This document shows positions 1 to 12,183 of a stretch of DNA of 39,758 nt, piece after piece. This DNA is from Octopus bimaculoides (Eukaryota): NCBI RefSeq assembly GCF_001194135.2, contig NC_068981.1, positions 17,839,840 to 17,879,597 on the forward strand. The letters run 5' to 3'. Below the pieces are notes generated by a model that had not been told where the DNA came from, ran no database searches, and worked only from the letters and a program-made list of their open reading frames with translations. The position numbers and the translations under genes were made by a program. Position 1 is the stretch's first letter. Each line of letters begins with the position of its first letter.

Positions 1-290
1 ACATATATATATATACACACACATTTATGTATATACATATATATATATACACACATTTATGTATATACATATATATATATACACACATTTATGTATATAC
101 ATATATATATATACACACATTTATGTATATACATATATATATATACACACACATTTATGTATATACATTTATATATATATACACACACATTTATGTATAT
201 ACATTTATATATATACATATACACACATTTATGTATATACATATATATATATACATACACACATTTATGTATATACATCTATGTATACCT
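1..290. repeat. Compound AT/AC minisatellite (~30-34 bp unit ACACACATTTATGTATATACAT(AT)n) in SQSTM1 intron 1
   Basis: The unit recurs roughly eight times from base 1 to ~290; the Y/I/H/T ORFs here are repeat translations. Confidence 0.9.
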
Positions 291-675
291 AATGTGAGGC
301 GTTCAACAAATCTGTATTAGAATGAATGACCTCTGGTATTAGAAATCTAGTTTTGAAAATTCGTTAACGAAAGCCATCCATTTGACGTTTTTAAAACCCC
401 ATAATTAAGTCTCTCTACAATTCTTTGACACAACCCTTTTTTTTTTAAATCCATCAAATGGTGTAGGTTATCAGAAAGACGGATGGGGAAACAAAAAAAA
501 AAAAATACAAAACCGTAAAACGTTAGATATTTTACGAAAGCAAACATTCGGCTTTGTTTGGACAGTTTTACTCATGACGCAGTTTGTTTAGCCCCAGGTC
601 AACCAGTAAGAAGAAGAACCTATGATCAAAGGCGTATCAATCATGGGGCTATCCTGTATTTTGTGTGCCTTGGAC

Positions 676-920
676 CAGGGGTTTTCAAACTGTGGTCCAC
701 AAGGACAGCAAATACTTTTTATGGGCAATTTGATTTTATATGTTTTTTTAATCGAAATCTTTTAATCGACAATAAACCTATTTGTTAAATAAATAAATGT
801 AAAAATATGTTATTTGAAGCAAATATTTATGTATAAATTTCATAAGCGTTTATAAGGGGGTCCCTAAGGTAAAGCCTGAAATATAAAGGGGTCCGCAAGT
901 CAAAAAGATTAAAACCCCTG
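676..920. mobile_element. Degenerate hAT (Charlie-like) MITE
   Basis: Termini CAGGGGTTTT...AAAACCCCTG form a 10-bp inverted repeat typical of hAT MITEs; no intact 8-bp TSD is visible. Confidence 0.55.
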
Positions 921-1274
921 AGACAACATAATAGAACGAGTCCTTCAACTTTTAAGAGAAATTTGGTTGCTATGTTCAGCATATCGAGCGATGATGTCAC
1001 GGTTTCTGCCTTCTCTCTAGTTTTGTGTATCATATGATATTATTATTTATAAATGTTTCTGCTTATATATATGGAGTTAATAGAAAGAAAATAAAAAAAG
1101 AGACTTATTTAGCGAAGAAATGGATAAATAAAAATATGAAAACAGAGGAAGATAATATTTAGAAGATAGAAAAATATAAAAGAAATCGATGGAGATGTTT
1201 CAAAGAAGGAAGCCACCATATTGAAACCAGTTGTTTGAATTGGTGAAAATAGGTGAGAATATATTGGTTCTTAC

Positions 1275-1443
1275 CTTGCCAGTACATAGTAAATTTGCCA
1301 TGGGAGAGACTGGGGAATACTTCACATACTTTCTTGAACAAGAAATCGAAGGTGAGCTGTTTAGGTACACTGAAACGACGAATCTCGTCGAAATTCTTGC
1401 CTTGGTCATCATTAGATTTGTACGCTTTTATTGTCAACGACAT
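1275..1443 (-). CDS. SQSTM1: Sequestosome-1/p62 (Ref(2)P-like), first coding exon, N-terminal PB1 domain; gene continues beyond the left edge
   Basis: ATG at 1443 gives MSLTIKAYKSNDDQGKNFDEIRRFSVPKQLTFDFLFKKVCEVFPSLSHGKFTMYWQ+G. This matches the p62 PB1 start (SLTVKAY...EIRRF). It ends at a phase-1 donor AAG|GTAAGA just where the acidic DEDGD motif should begin. No DEDGD exon was found in 1-1274. Confidence 0.85.
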
Positions 1444-2506
1444 TTTTGCGGTCGACTTTGTGGTGATATTTATCAAGGGAATTACTGCTTTACAGCTGAT
1501 CGAATGCTCCGTTATTTTGAAACTGAGTCCAGAAATGATTATGGACAAACGTTGGTAGGTGTTGTTTATATAGCAACAATGACAACAGAAACAGAACAAT
1601 CTGGAGAACTGGTGACGTTTCTCTGCAATTTGCTATCTCATTTCCAGCTCACGATCGGCTAACATCGGCAACGATCGACGTCGACAGGTTAACGAGAAAA
1701 TACTATAAAACAAACTAGAAAAGTAAATAAATATTCGATTTAAAACGATAAAGTTATATTAAATTATTTAAAGTACATTTATTAAATTAATTTAGTCAGA
1801 AAAATATCGACATAAAATCATAGTACAATAAAGCCATTCCGTCAAAGGCCGTAACATAACGTAAAATGCCGGAAATGAATTAAGCTGATTCATAAACAGG
1901 TTTTTTTTGTTTTTCCCAAAATTAGTTGGTGATGAAATATTTGTAGATTCTGACGAAAATTTAATCTTTATTTATTCAAAGTATAATGTCTATATTTTGA
2001 CTTGATGTCCTCACCAAATTCTTAAACTACAATTATTCCATTTCACGATTTTCTTTTAGAATTGGCAAACTGACCATTTTTATTATTGTTTTTCTCTAGA
2101 TCAAATTAAATTCAATCTATTCAAAAATCACCCAGACATAAACGACTAGACATGACATGAATAATCTAGAAGATTCCAGAAATTTCGAGAAACGAAAATA
2201 AGACCATTTCTTTTTTCTGTTGGCCCAGATGATTTCCACAGAAATAAACAAACATTAAAACCTTCTTTGAGTTTCTAGCTATACTTTTATGCCATTGTTA
2301 CCAATAATGCGATTATTTATTTATAATAACCAAATGCTTCTGTGGTCTCGTTGGAAAAGACATGTTAGGAAGGTGACTGTTGTAGAAAATTTCTTTGGAA
2401 ATATTACTAAACCAAGGATGGTAATAAAAATGAAACTGGTGTAAGGTATTAATGGAATGGATGTGATGGTAGTGCTTATTGTATTAGTGGAGCGATGATG
2501 ATGATG

Positions 2507-2622
2507 AAGGTGGGAAATTGGTGATAGACGTACAAGTGTTATTGAGGAAGAGCTGATCTTTGCCAAGGTAGGAAATTGGTGACAGACGTACGACAAATGT
2601 TATTGAAAAAGAGCTGATCTTT
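2507..2622. repeat. Two-copy tandem duplication (~56-58 bp)
   Basis: AAGGTGGGAAATTGGTGATAGACGTAC...GAGCTGATCTTT at 2507-2561 is repeated with a few changes at 2565-2622. Confidence 0.8.
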
Positions 2623-2825
2623 CTCTTCTCTTTTCGCATCTATTCACATTTAAGATGCTTTATGAGATATAATTCAATCCCAGTTCTTCACAGGTACTTT
2701 GTTTTATCTCTCCTCCATCCACCTGAAGGATGAAATGTAACGTTGACTTCAGCTAAATTTGAACTCAAAACACCGGGAGTCGTAACTAAATATCGATGCG
2801 TTAACGATTCTGCCGATCCACCCCC

Positions 2826-3260
2826 ATGGTAATAGAAAAGGTAGGCTGTAACATTGTTATTAATGTCGATGGTAGTGCTACTTGCAGTAGCGATGATGGT
2901 AGTGGGGGAAATAGTACTAGTAGTGGTAGTTATAATAATTACTACGTTAGTAGTGATGATGTGACAGTAGTGGTGGTAGTAGTACTAGTATTAATAGTAA
3001 TGATGTAATAGTAGTGGTAGTGATGATGTGAGAGTAAAACTATAAATGGTTAGTGGTTACGTGATAGAGCAGCGATGGTTATACTTAGTATTGGTCGTGG
3101 TGGTCATGTCTTAATAGTGATTATGTAATAGTAGTTGTGGTAATGGTGAAACTAGTAGTGTTGGTGGAGACGGCAACGGTTGTAGATATTATTGGTGGTG
3201 TGAATGGTAATAATAGTGATGATATTAGTGGTAGTGATAGTATCGATGGTTGTGCTACCA
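2826..3260. repeat. Degenerate (GTA/GTG/GAT)n low-complexity tract
   Basis: Visible trinucleotide periodicity; the V/S/I-rich ORFs are its translation. Confidence 0.75.
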
Positions 3261-3524
3261 CTAATCAATTTCCAACGGAAAGTGTATGATGTAGTGTTAA
3301 AACATTGGCTCGCAGTTATTTATCTTTCAAATTTATTTGTTTCAGTAATTGGAGTGCGGACATGCTGGAGCACCACCTTGGAGGGTTTAATCGAGCGAAT
3401 CGACCCTACTACTTATCTTTGAAAGCCTGGAATTTATTCTTTCCGTCGTCTGAATCACCAAGTTATGGAGACATAAACAAACCAACAACGATTGTCAAGC
3501 AGTGGTGAGGACAAACACATACAT

Positions 3525-4070
3525 ATCATCATCGTTTTAACGTCCGCTTTCCATGCTAGCATGGGTTGGACGATTTGATTGAGGACTGGTGAACCAGATG
3601 GCCACACCAGGCTCCAATCTAATTTGGCAGAGTTTCTACAGCTGGATTCCCTTCCTAATGCCAACCACTCCGAGAGTGTAGTGGGTGCTTTTTACTTGCC
3701 AATGGCACGAGGGCCAGTCAGGCGGTACTGGCAACGGCCACGCTCAAAATGGTGTATTTTATGTGCCACCTGCAAAGGAGCCAGTCCAGCGGCACTGGCA
3801 ACGACCTCGCTCAAATGTCTTTTCACGTGCCACCGGCACAAGTGCCAGGAGGCGACACTGGTAACGATCACGCTCAAATGGTGCTATTTATGTGCCACTG
3901 GCACGGAAGCCAGACAGCTGCTCTGGCAACGATCATGCTCGGAGGTGCTCTTAGCGCTCCACTGGTACAGGTGCCATCACGATTTCGCCTTCACTTGCCC
4001 CAACAAGTCTTCCCAAGCCGAGTTTAGTGTCCAATGAAGGAGACGTTGGCATGGGTGCCAGTCGTCGAAT
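3525..4070 (-). mobile_element. Non-LTR retroelement 3' part (family D, (GAT)n tail) with internal ~55-60 bp tandem subrepeats
   Basis: Read on the minus strand it ends ...GCATGGAAAGCGGACGTTAAAACGATGATGATG. The unit containing GTGCCAC...GGCAACGA.CACGCTCAAATG is reiterated at ~3690-3990. Related copies lie at ~9958, 13985, 16850, 24650, 24990, 29910, 31345, 35545, 37490 and 38760. Confidence 0.75.
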
Positions 4071-4099
4071 TTGTATGTATGTATGTATGTATGTATGTC

Positions 4100-4525
4100 A
4101 TTATTTAGTTTATTTCAAGATTTCTTGCCAATAGAGAAAGAACTGGTTTCTAACCTAGATCCAAGGTTNNNNNNNNNNTAGTTTATTTCAAGATTTCTTG
4201 CCAATAGAGAAAGAACTGGTTTCTAACCTAGATCCAAGGTTCCTTCATTGGAATTTCAACATCAACAATAGGGTATTTTTGTATGTATGTATGTGCAGAT
4301 TTGTATGTTTTATGTATGTATTCTCATGCATAGTGTTGCATATCCAGACATGCTCATATATACTCAAATGATAAACTTCTGGAAAGTTTTACAGATTTTT
4401 ACAGTTCCAGTGATAGATTAGATCTGTAGCCTTCGAATTAGCTTTCTCCTTTCTGGTTTTGAGAAGCCTAATTCCTCAAGATTGGTATTTAGGCAGTGTG
4501 TTACATATCCCACGGCCTCAATAAT
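4100..4525 (-). mobile_element. 5'-truncated RLE-type non-LTR retrotransposon relic (R4/Dong-like C-terminus plus 3' UTR)
   Basis: Minus 4525-4364 reads IIEAVGYVTHCLNTNLEELGFSKPERRKLIRRLQI*SITGTVKICKTFQKFII*, resembling the R4/Dong ending (I.GALG..P..L...L..LG....I..LQ....GT..I), with one internal stop. It runs into an (ACAT)n tract at ~4073-4098. Confidence 0.6.
4169..4178. other. Assembly gap (10 N) flanked by an identical 63-bp duplication
   Basis: 4106-4168 is repeated exactly at 4179-4241, the pattern of unmerged overlapping contig ends. Confidence 0.9.
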
Positions 4526-5084
4526 TACAGATATAAACCTGAACTTGTAATCTTGATATGTATGTATGTATGTATACAATGAGCTTCTTTCAGTTTCTGT
4601 CTATCAAAATCCACTAACAAGGCTTTGGTAGTCCTGAAGCCATAGTAGAAGACCTTGCCCAAGGTACCACACAATGGGGCTGAACCCCAGGTCACATGGT
4701 TAGGAAGCAAGATCCTTCACCACACAGACACTCCTGCTCCTATTTCCACACAGCTGAGCCATAAGTCTTTATTCAAACCATTTAATGGCAGAAATCACAT
4801 TAAAATCTCTAGAAATAGATGACATAAATAGAAAAATAACTATGGCAATAACAGAAGTAAAACTAACATTATTAACATTTGTTTTTCCATAAAGTGATTG
4901 GATGAAAAATGGGTAAAAATTCTAATATACAAGAAAGAAAACAAATGTACAATTGAGAATTAGAGATTAATTAGTATATTGTCTCTATTTTAAAAAGTAT
5001 TTGAAAAATCAATCTCATGTTACATGACTTCCTTAACAATGATAATAAAATAATAATAATAATAATAATAACAGCAATAATAAT

Positions 5085-5415
5085 AGCCATGTGCTTAGAG
5101 GAATTCTTAGGGGTTTGGATAATTCATTTCTGGAAACATGAGTATGTCGTTTAACATCTTCAAACAACTGTTTTCCGGGGACCTTTTGAGCGGGATGGGC
5201 TACTCAACCTGAAGAAAATTCTAACTGGGCCCCTCCTGCAAGGTCATGCGCTGTTTATCTTGATATGAGATCACCATGCCGTGCACATATGGTTGTGATG
5301 CCTGGTGTACCATTATCAGACAGGTAGTCACAATGGGTATATTGGGCTTCATGTATTTTATCCCAGTGTCACTTTGATGGTATGCACTGCTCTCTCACTC
5401 AATAATAATAATAAT
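5085..5415 (+). repeat. Unclassified interspersed repeat (family E) ending in (AAT)n; second copy at ~6277-6700
   Basis: Two similar copies share GGGCTACTCA.CCTGAAGAAAATTCTAACTGGGCCC...CTGCAAGGTCATG. Confidence 0.7.
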
Positions 5416-5419
5416 AGTT

Positions 5420-6070
5420 TCAAATTTTGGCACAAGGTCTGCAGTTTCAGGGGTGGGGCTAAGTTGTTTACATCAACTCCAGTGTTCAACTCATACTTAT
5501 TTTATCAATCCCAAAAGCATGAAAGGCAAAGTGGATTCCAGCAGGATTTGAACTCTGAATATAAAGATGAATGACATTCCGTTTGGTGTGCTAACGATTC
5601 TGCCAGCTCACCACCTCAATAATAATAATAATCCTTTCCATTATGAGCACATGACCTGAAATCTTGAGGGAGGGTGCAAGCCGATTACATCAACCCCAGT
5701 GTTTAACTAGTACTTAATTCATCAACCCTGAAAAGATGAAAGGCAAAGTTGACCTTGGCAGAATTTGAATTCAGAACATAAAGATGTACAAAATGCCGCT
5801 AAGCATTTTACCCAGCATGCTAATGATTCTGCCAGCTTGCAGCCTTAATAATAATGATAATGGTTTCAAATTTTGGCATTTTGGGGAAGGGGGCTTGTCA
5901 ATTATGTTGACCCCAGTGTTTCACAGGTTCTAAATTTATCAACCCTAAAAGCTTGAAAAGCAAAGTTGACCTCGGCAGATTTTGAACTCAGATTGTGAAC
6001 ATAAATGAAATACTACTAAGCATTTCACCCAGTGTGTGTTAACGATTCTGCCAGCTCACCGCCATAATAA
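5420..6070 (-). mobile_element. Three stacked tRNA-derived SINE copies (family B), each with an (AAT)n-rich boundary
   Basis: Each has the minus-strand head GGCGAGCTGGCAGAATCGTTAGC, a B-box-like GAGTTCAAAT and the body GGTCAACTTTGCCTTTCATCC. Further copies lie at ~8640, 9260, 12330, 29150, 31850, 32090 and 39117. Confidence 0.75.
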
Positions 6071-6517
6071 TAACAACAACAATAATAATAATGATTAGAA
6101 GTGTTATCATGTACATGGTTTGTCAGTGTGTAAAAAGACGAGCTACAGCAAATATTCTGCTTAATATCACAGATTTTCATGTCAGTTGTTTGACCATAAC
6201 CAGTTGAGCATGTTCTTTGGTGGCTGACAATATGCGCATCTCTGATCATGAGCAGAAGTAGTTGGGGAGCATCATAGCCATGTGGTGAGAGGAATTCTCA
6301 GGGTTTAAATTATTCACCTCTGGAAGCATGGGTGTTTCATTCAACATCCTTAAATAACCCTTATTCAGGGCCTTTTGAGTGAGATGGGCTACTCATCCTG
6401 AAGAAAATTCTAACTGGGCCCTACCTGCAAGGTCATGTATTGTTTATCTTAACATGAAATCACCATGTCACACACAGGTAGTCATGATGGGTATATTGGG
6501 CTTCATATATTTGTACC

Positions 6518-6673
6518 CCGGGGTGGACTGAGCTATCGGTCAATTGGGCACTGCCCGAGGGCCTGGAGCTCTGAGGGGCCCACACTCTACATGTTAACTC
6601 TACTGATATCAACACTAAGGGGCTTGGTAAACAGTTATGCCCGAGGGCCCTTAATACTCTCAGTCCACCCCTG
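6518..6673. mobile_element. hAT MITE (156 bp) inserted in family-E repeat copy 2
   Basis: 15-bp TIRs CCGGGGTGGACTGAG / CTCAGTCCACCCCTG (1 mismatch); 8-bp TSD TTTGTACC / CTTGTACC; the family-E sequence resumes after it. Confidence 0.85.
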
Positions 6674-7408
6674 CTTGTACCCAAGTGTTACTTGGACAAG
6701 ATTATATTGGCATATCAAGCAATGTATGAGACAGTAATCATTTGTTGATACTCTCAACTTATCCTTCCATATATTTAAGTGCTTCTCTTAATCATTCATG
6801 TTGTATATGAGTTGATTGTATTTGTTAAAATGACTAATAACACTCAAATCATGGATGACAATTGAATTAATAACTCTTATTAAGCGTCACAATTTGATAC
6901 AAATGTCTTTGTCTTCGTTTTCCTTTTGATATTCTAGAATTTTGGAGATATATACAAACTCAGCAGTGAATAAACACTCTGTTAGGAGGCACAAGCACTT
7001 ATACACACATGTACACACACGACAGTTACTTCCGCCTACCAAATTCAATCACAAACTCTGTGTAAGCTCATTATTCTGATTTCGAATATAGTCAAAGTCA
7101 ATTAGACATCTAATCTGTGATACTTTATTGCAGAGGTCTAATAATACAGAAAGATGTCCAGAGTTATCTCTGTTACTTGTATGAATGGTAAAGGAAGGGG
7201 TGATCCACTGATGGAAGTGGGATGGGGAAAAGTCAATGGTAAAACAAAAATCAAACAGCGCTTCAACTCTATGTGCCGGTAAAAGGGAGGAATGTGAATG
7301 TTTGTGTGTTTGTCTAAAATATATTTATATATTTGCGTATATGTATATGTGTTTGTGTATATTTATTTAGAAAGATACATAGAAAATAGAATTACAGACA
7401 TGTGCTTT

Positions 7409-7462
<54 letters not shown>

Positions 7463-7552
7463 AACATACACACTTAAAAAGGAAGGAAGCAAGTTGTGAC
7501 AAATTTCACTACAGACTGTACTACTCATACATATAAATGTATACATAGGCAC

Positions 7553-7590
<38 letters not shown>

Positions 7591-8834
7591 AATGAGAAAA
7601 AAAAAGGCATTAGATCAACAACTATTAAAACATTAGTCATTGATCTAATGCCTTTTTCTCAATGTAGGTGTGGCTGTGTGGTTAAGAAACTTGCTTCCCA
7701 ACCATGTGATCTTGGGTTTGGTCACATTACATGGTTCTTTGGGCAAGTGTCTTCTACTTACAGGGCTTGATCCAAGCCCTGTAAGTGGATAGAAAGTGAA
7801 AGGAGCCCTGTCAGTAGATAGAAAGAGAAAGGAGTCCATTGTGCATGTGTGTGTGTCCTTGTCTAGACATCATGCGATGGTTGAAAATGAGCCTCACTGC
7901 CATACAAGTGATGTTGTTCATTTACAGTATTCTGTGAAAACCATGTCTGGCCATGGAGAAATATTACCTTGCTTAGAAACAAGTAAGGGCTGGTTACAGG
8001 AGGGTCAACTGGCCATAGAAAATCTGCCTCAACAAATTCTATTCTGTCTGACCCATCTAAGCATTGAAAAGTGGACATTAAGGGCTGTTGTGGTGGTTGT
8101 TTGTTCCTTCTTGAGCCATGCCTGCCTCATAAGGGCTGTTTTCCAGTTTCATCAGCGCATAGGTTTCCCACCTGGACAAGATGCCGGTCCGTCACAGGTG
8201 AGCTGCTTGATGCAGGAGGAAAGAGTGAGAGAAAGTTGTGGAGAAAGAATCAGTAGAAGTTCGCCATTACTTTCTGCCAGAATCACATGGAGCCTAGGCG
8301 TTTCGCTCATAAACACACACATCACCCAGTCTGAGATTTGAACCCACAATCCCTCGACCACAAGTCCACTGCTCTAACCACTAGGCCATATGCCACCATA
8401 CATTGAGAGATGATAAATTCTAATCAATTTTCTAATGTCCTCAATACTAAATAAGTTAACGTATTAGTTTAATTAATTAATTCACAGGTCCAACGCATGC
8501 CAGCATGAAAAGTGGATATTAAATGACAATGATGATGATGATAAACATGCTGGTTTTGGGAAATATGCTTAATTTTATTGCTTACTTATGTACAATATTT
8601 CACAACATTCTAAGGCAGCAAGTTAGGAGAATCATCAACATGCCAGGCAAAATGCTTAGTGGTATTTTGTCCACCTCTATGTCCAGAGTTCAAATCCTAC
8701 CAAGGTTGACTTTACCTTTCATCCTTTCAGGGTTGATAAATAAGTACCATTTGAGCACCGGGGTCAATATAATCAACTTAACCCCACCGGCTGAAATTGC
8801 TGGCCTTGTGCCAAAATTTGAAACTAATATTACA

Positions 8835-9237
8835 GGCGCAGGAGTGGCTGTGTGGTAAGTAGCTTGTTTACCAACGACATGGTTCCGGGTTCAGTCCCAC
8901 TGTGTGGCACCTTGGGCAAGTGTCTTCTACTATAGCCTCAGGCCGACCAAAGCCTTGTGAGTGGATTTGGTAGACGGAAACTGAAAGAAGCCCGTCGTAT
9001 ATATGTATATATATATATATGTATGTGTGTGTATATGTTTGTGTGTCTGTGTTTGTCCCCACAACATCACTTGACAACTGATGCTGGTGTGTTTACGTCC
9101 CCGTAACTTAGTGGTTCGGCAAAAGAGACCAATAGAATAAGTACTAGGCTTACAAAGAATGAGTCCTGGGGTTGATTTGCTCGACTAAAGGCGGTGCTCC
9201 AGCATGGCCACAGTCAAATGACTGAAACAAGTAAAAG
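8835..9237 (+). mobile_element. Full-length tRNA-derived SINE (family A)
   Basis: Head GGCGCAGGAGTGGCTGTGTGGTAAG (A-box-like) and GGTTCAGTCCC (B-box-like), an internal (TA)/(TG) tract, and tail TGACTGAAACAAGTAAAAG. Highly similar copies lie at 10728-11154(-) and 33531-33904(+). Confidence 0.85.
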
Positions 9238-10727
9238 TGTAACATTCTATGACAGCGAGTTGGCTGAAACATTAGCATGCCAGGCAAAATGCTTAGCAGC
9301 ATTTGATTTGTATTTACATTCTGAGTTCAAATTCTGCCAAGGTTGACTTTGCCTTTCATTCTTTTTGGGGATGGATAAAATGAGTACCAGCTGAGCCCTG
9401 GGGTTGGGATAATTGATTTACCCTCACACACTGAAATTGCCAGACCTGTGTCAAAATTTAAAACCGATGACACATAACATTCTCCTCTTCCACCCTCTTC
9501 TCCAATCTTGTGAAAAAGAATACTTTTATCATGTGCGCTGTTTTTCCTTCTCTGACTAATCTATAAAATATATGTCAGATAAGCATTGACCGGGGTTTTT
9601 CCCTCGGATATGCAATGACATTGTTATGACTAGATCATCATCATCATCATCATCATCGTCGTCATCATTTAACGTCTGCTTTCCATGCTGGCATGGTTCA
9701 TTATCATTACTTAGAACTAGGTGACCCCGTGCCATCAAAAATGACAGCTAATTGTAGTATTTTATATATAAAAATGGGTACAAAAAGGTGAAAATAAAAT
9801 CAAACGGTTCTTCAGCACTATGTGAGTGTGTGTGTGTGTGTGTGTGTGCGTGTGTGCATATGTATACATTTATATGTATGTGTAGCACCATCTGTAGTGA
9901 ACTTTATCACAATTTGCTCCCTTCCTTTTTAAGTGTGTCTGTTTATATATATATATATATCGCCTTCTAGCACTTGTGCTGGTAGCACGTTAGAAAATCA
10001 TTCAAGCGAGGTCATTGCCAGTGCCGCTGGACTGGCTCCCGTGCAGGTGGCACGTAAAAAACACCTTTTTGAGCGTGGCCGTTGCCAGTACCGCCTGACT
10101 GGCCTTTGTGCCAGTGGCACGTAAAAGCGCCCACTACACTCTCGAAGTGGTTGGCGTTAGGAAGGGCATCCAGCCGTAGAAACTCTGCCAAATCAGATTG
10201 GAGCCTGGTGTAGCCATCTGGCTCATCAGTCCTCAGTCAAATCGTCCAACCCATGTTAGCATGGAAAGCGGACGTTAAACGATGATGATGATATGTATGT
10301 GTAAAAGCACATGTATCTGTAATTCTATTTTCTATGTATGTTTCTAAATAAATATACACAAACACATATACATTCACGCAAATGTATAAATATATTTTAC
10401 ACAAACACACACATACACATACACACAAACATTCACATTCCTCCCTTTTACAGGCACACCCATATACTCACACAGAGTTGAAGCCCTGTTGTTTTACCAT
10501 CCCACTTCCATCGGTGGATCACCCCTTCCCTTCTCATTCATAGATTGTGACAGAGAAATACACAAGGGTATTATTATAGTAGATTGTTATGGTAGAAAAT
10601 ATACAGCACTCTCTTTGCCACTTCCTCTCTCTCATTGCTATTACTTTCTCTCACTCCCTTTCAGTCATGGCTATTACTCTTACTATTTCTCCTTCACTGA
10701 ATTGCTATTTTTTACATTCTTTTATTC

Positions 10728-11154
10728 TTTTATTTGTTTCAGTCATGTGACTGCAGCCATGCTGGAGCACCGCATTTAGTCGAGCAAATCGACCCCAAGA
10801 CTTATTCTTTGTAAGCCTAGTATATATTCTATTGGTCTCTCTTGTCGAACCGCTAAGTTACGGGGACGTAAACACACCAGCATCGGTTGTCAAGCTATAT
10901 TGGGGGGTGGGAGGGACAAACACAGACACACAAACATATACACACACACAAACATATACACACACACATACATATGTATATACATATATACGACGGGCTT
11001 CTTTCAGTTTCCGTCTACCAAATCCACTTACAAGGCTTTGGTCGGCCCAAGGCTATAGTAGAAGACACTTGCCCAATGTGCCACGCAGCAGGACTTGAAC
11101 CCGGAACCATGTGGTTGGTAAGCAAGCTACTTACCACACAGCCACTCCTGCACC
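10728..11154 (-). mobile_element. Full-length SINE family A copy, inverted relative to 8835-9237
   Basis: Reverse complement of the same head, body and tail. Confidence 0.85.
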
Positions 11155-11757
11155 TAGATAGATATTTATTTTTATATAAAGATATGCAAAAGAATGTATT
11201 TGTAAAGCTAAACAAGTAAAGGAATGAATAGAGAAAATATGAATGAGCAGCCTGACTGTCAGACTGTGTGACTGTGTGACTCACTTAGTAACTCACTGAC
11301 AATATGAATGGATGAGAAATAGAGAGGGAAATAAAACAGTCCATGTCACCTGATAGAGTGGTAAAACAACATAACAAATAAAGGTATATATTAATACATA
11401 CACATGGGAGTGTATGCATATGACATGTGTGTGAGTGTGTGTGTGTATGATGAAATCCAGAACTAAAATGAAAATAGCAAAAAAAAATATAAAAAGACCT
11501 ATGCATATATATACATATATAATTTATATAAGGGCATTTACTATATAGTAATGCCTCACGCTTAGAGGGACTAAATAAGTCAAAACTACCAAAAAATAAG
11601 CACATATTTACCGAAAGCGAGGGAATGCAACTTTCAAAAATTAACCTTATATAAATTATATATATTTATGGAAAAAAACGATGGGGTTTTTCCTTATGGG
11701 GTTTTTTCATGCTGACTACTTGATAAATTCTTATAAAGATTTTATCCTATATTATAT

Positions 11758-11798
<41 letters not shown>

Positions 11799-12183
11799 GT
11801 TGTTGTTGTTGGCACTCCGTCGTTTACGTCAAGGGTTCCAGTTGATCTGATCAACGGAACAGCCTGCTCGTGAAATTAATGTGCAAGTGGCCGAGCAATC
11901 CACAGACACATGTACCCTTAACGTAGTTCTCGGGGATATTCAGTGTGACACAGTGTGACAAGGCTGACCCTTTGAATTACAGGCACAACAGAAACAGGAA
12001 GTAAGAGTGAGAGTAAGTTGTGGTGGAAGAGTACAGCAGGGTTCGCCACCATCCCTTGCCGGAGCCTCGTGGAGCTTTAGGTGTTTTCGCTCAATAAACA
12101 CTCACAACGCCCGGTCTGGGAATCAAAACCGCGATCCTATGACTGCAAGTCTGCTGCCCTGACCACTGGGCCATTGCGCCTCC
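11799..12183 (-). mobile_element. Full-length tRNA-derived SINE (family C, (CAA)n tail) inserted in a (TA)n tract
   Basis: Minus-strand head GGAGGCGCAATGGCCCAGTGGTCAGGG...GGTTTTGATTCCC; tail GACGGAGTGCCAACAACAAC; flanking repeat ATATATACATAT on both sides. Confidence 0.85.

Noticed and set aside
27-320. Y/I/H/T-rich ORFs in several frames
   Set aside because: Translations of the AT/AC minisatellite.
1231-1662. 143-aa plus-strand ORF (MFELVKIGEN...)
   Set aside because: It is the antisense shadow of the SQSTM1 exon and its 5' region, with no recognisable domain.
3690-3990. Regularly spaced ~55-60 bp repeats resembling a CRISPR array
   Set aside because: Eukaryotic context, no unique spacers, no cas genes; these are subrepeats of a retroelement also seen at 31505-31770.
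3579-4037. 152-aa ORF
   Set aside because: Lies wholly within a family D repeat with tandem subunits; no protein family features.
4106-4241. Exact 63-bp direct repeat around 10 Ns (likewise 57 bp around 31149-31158)
   Set aside because: Scaffolding artefact from unmerged overlapping contig ends, not a biological duplication.
7796-8341. 181-aa ORF, longest gap-free ORF in the window
   Set aside because: Runs across a SINE body, its tail and a partial family C SINE; chance open frame.
8835-8910. SINE heads (families A, B, C) as tRNA genes
   Set aside because: They have A/B boxes but no complete cloverleaf and continue into SINE bodies.
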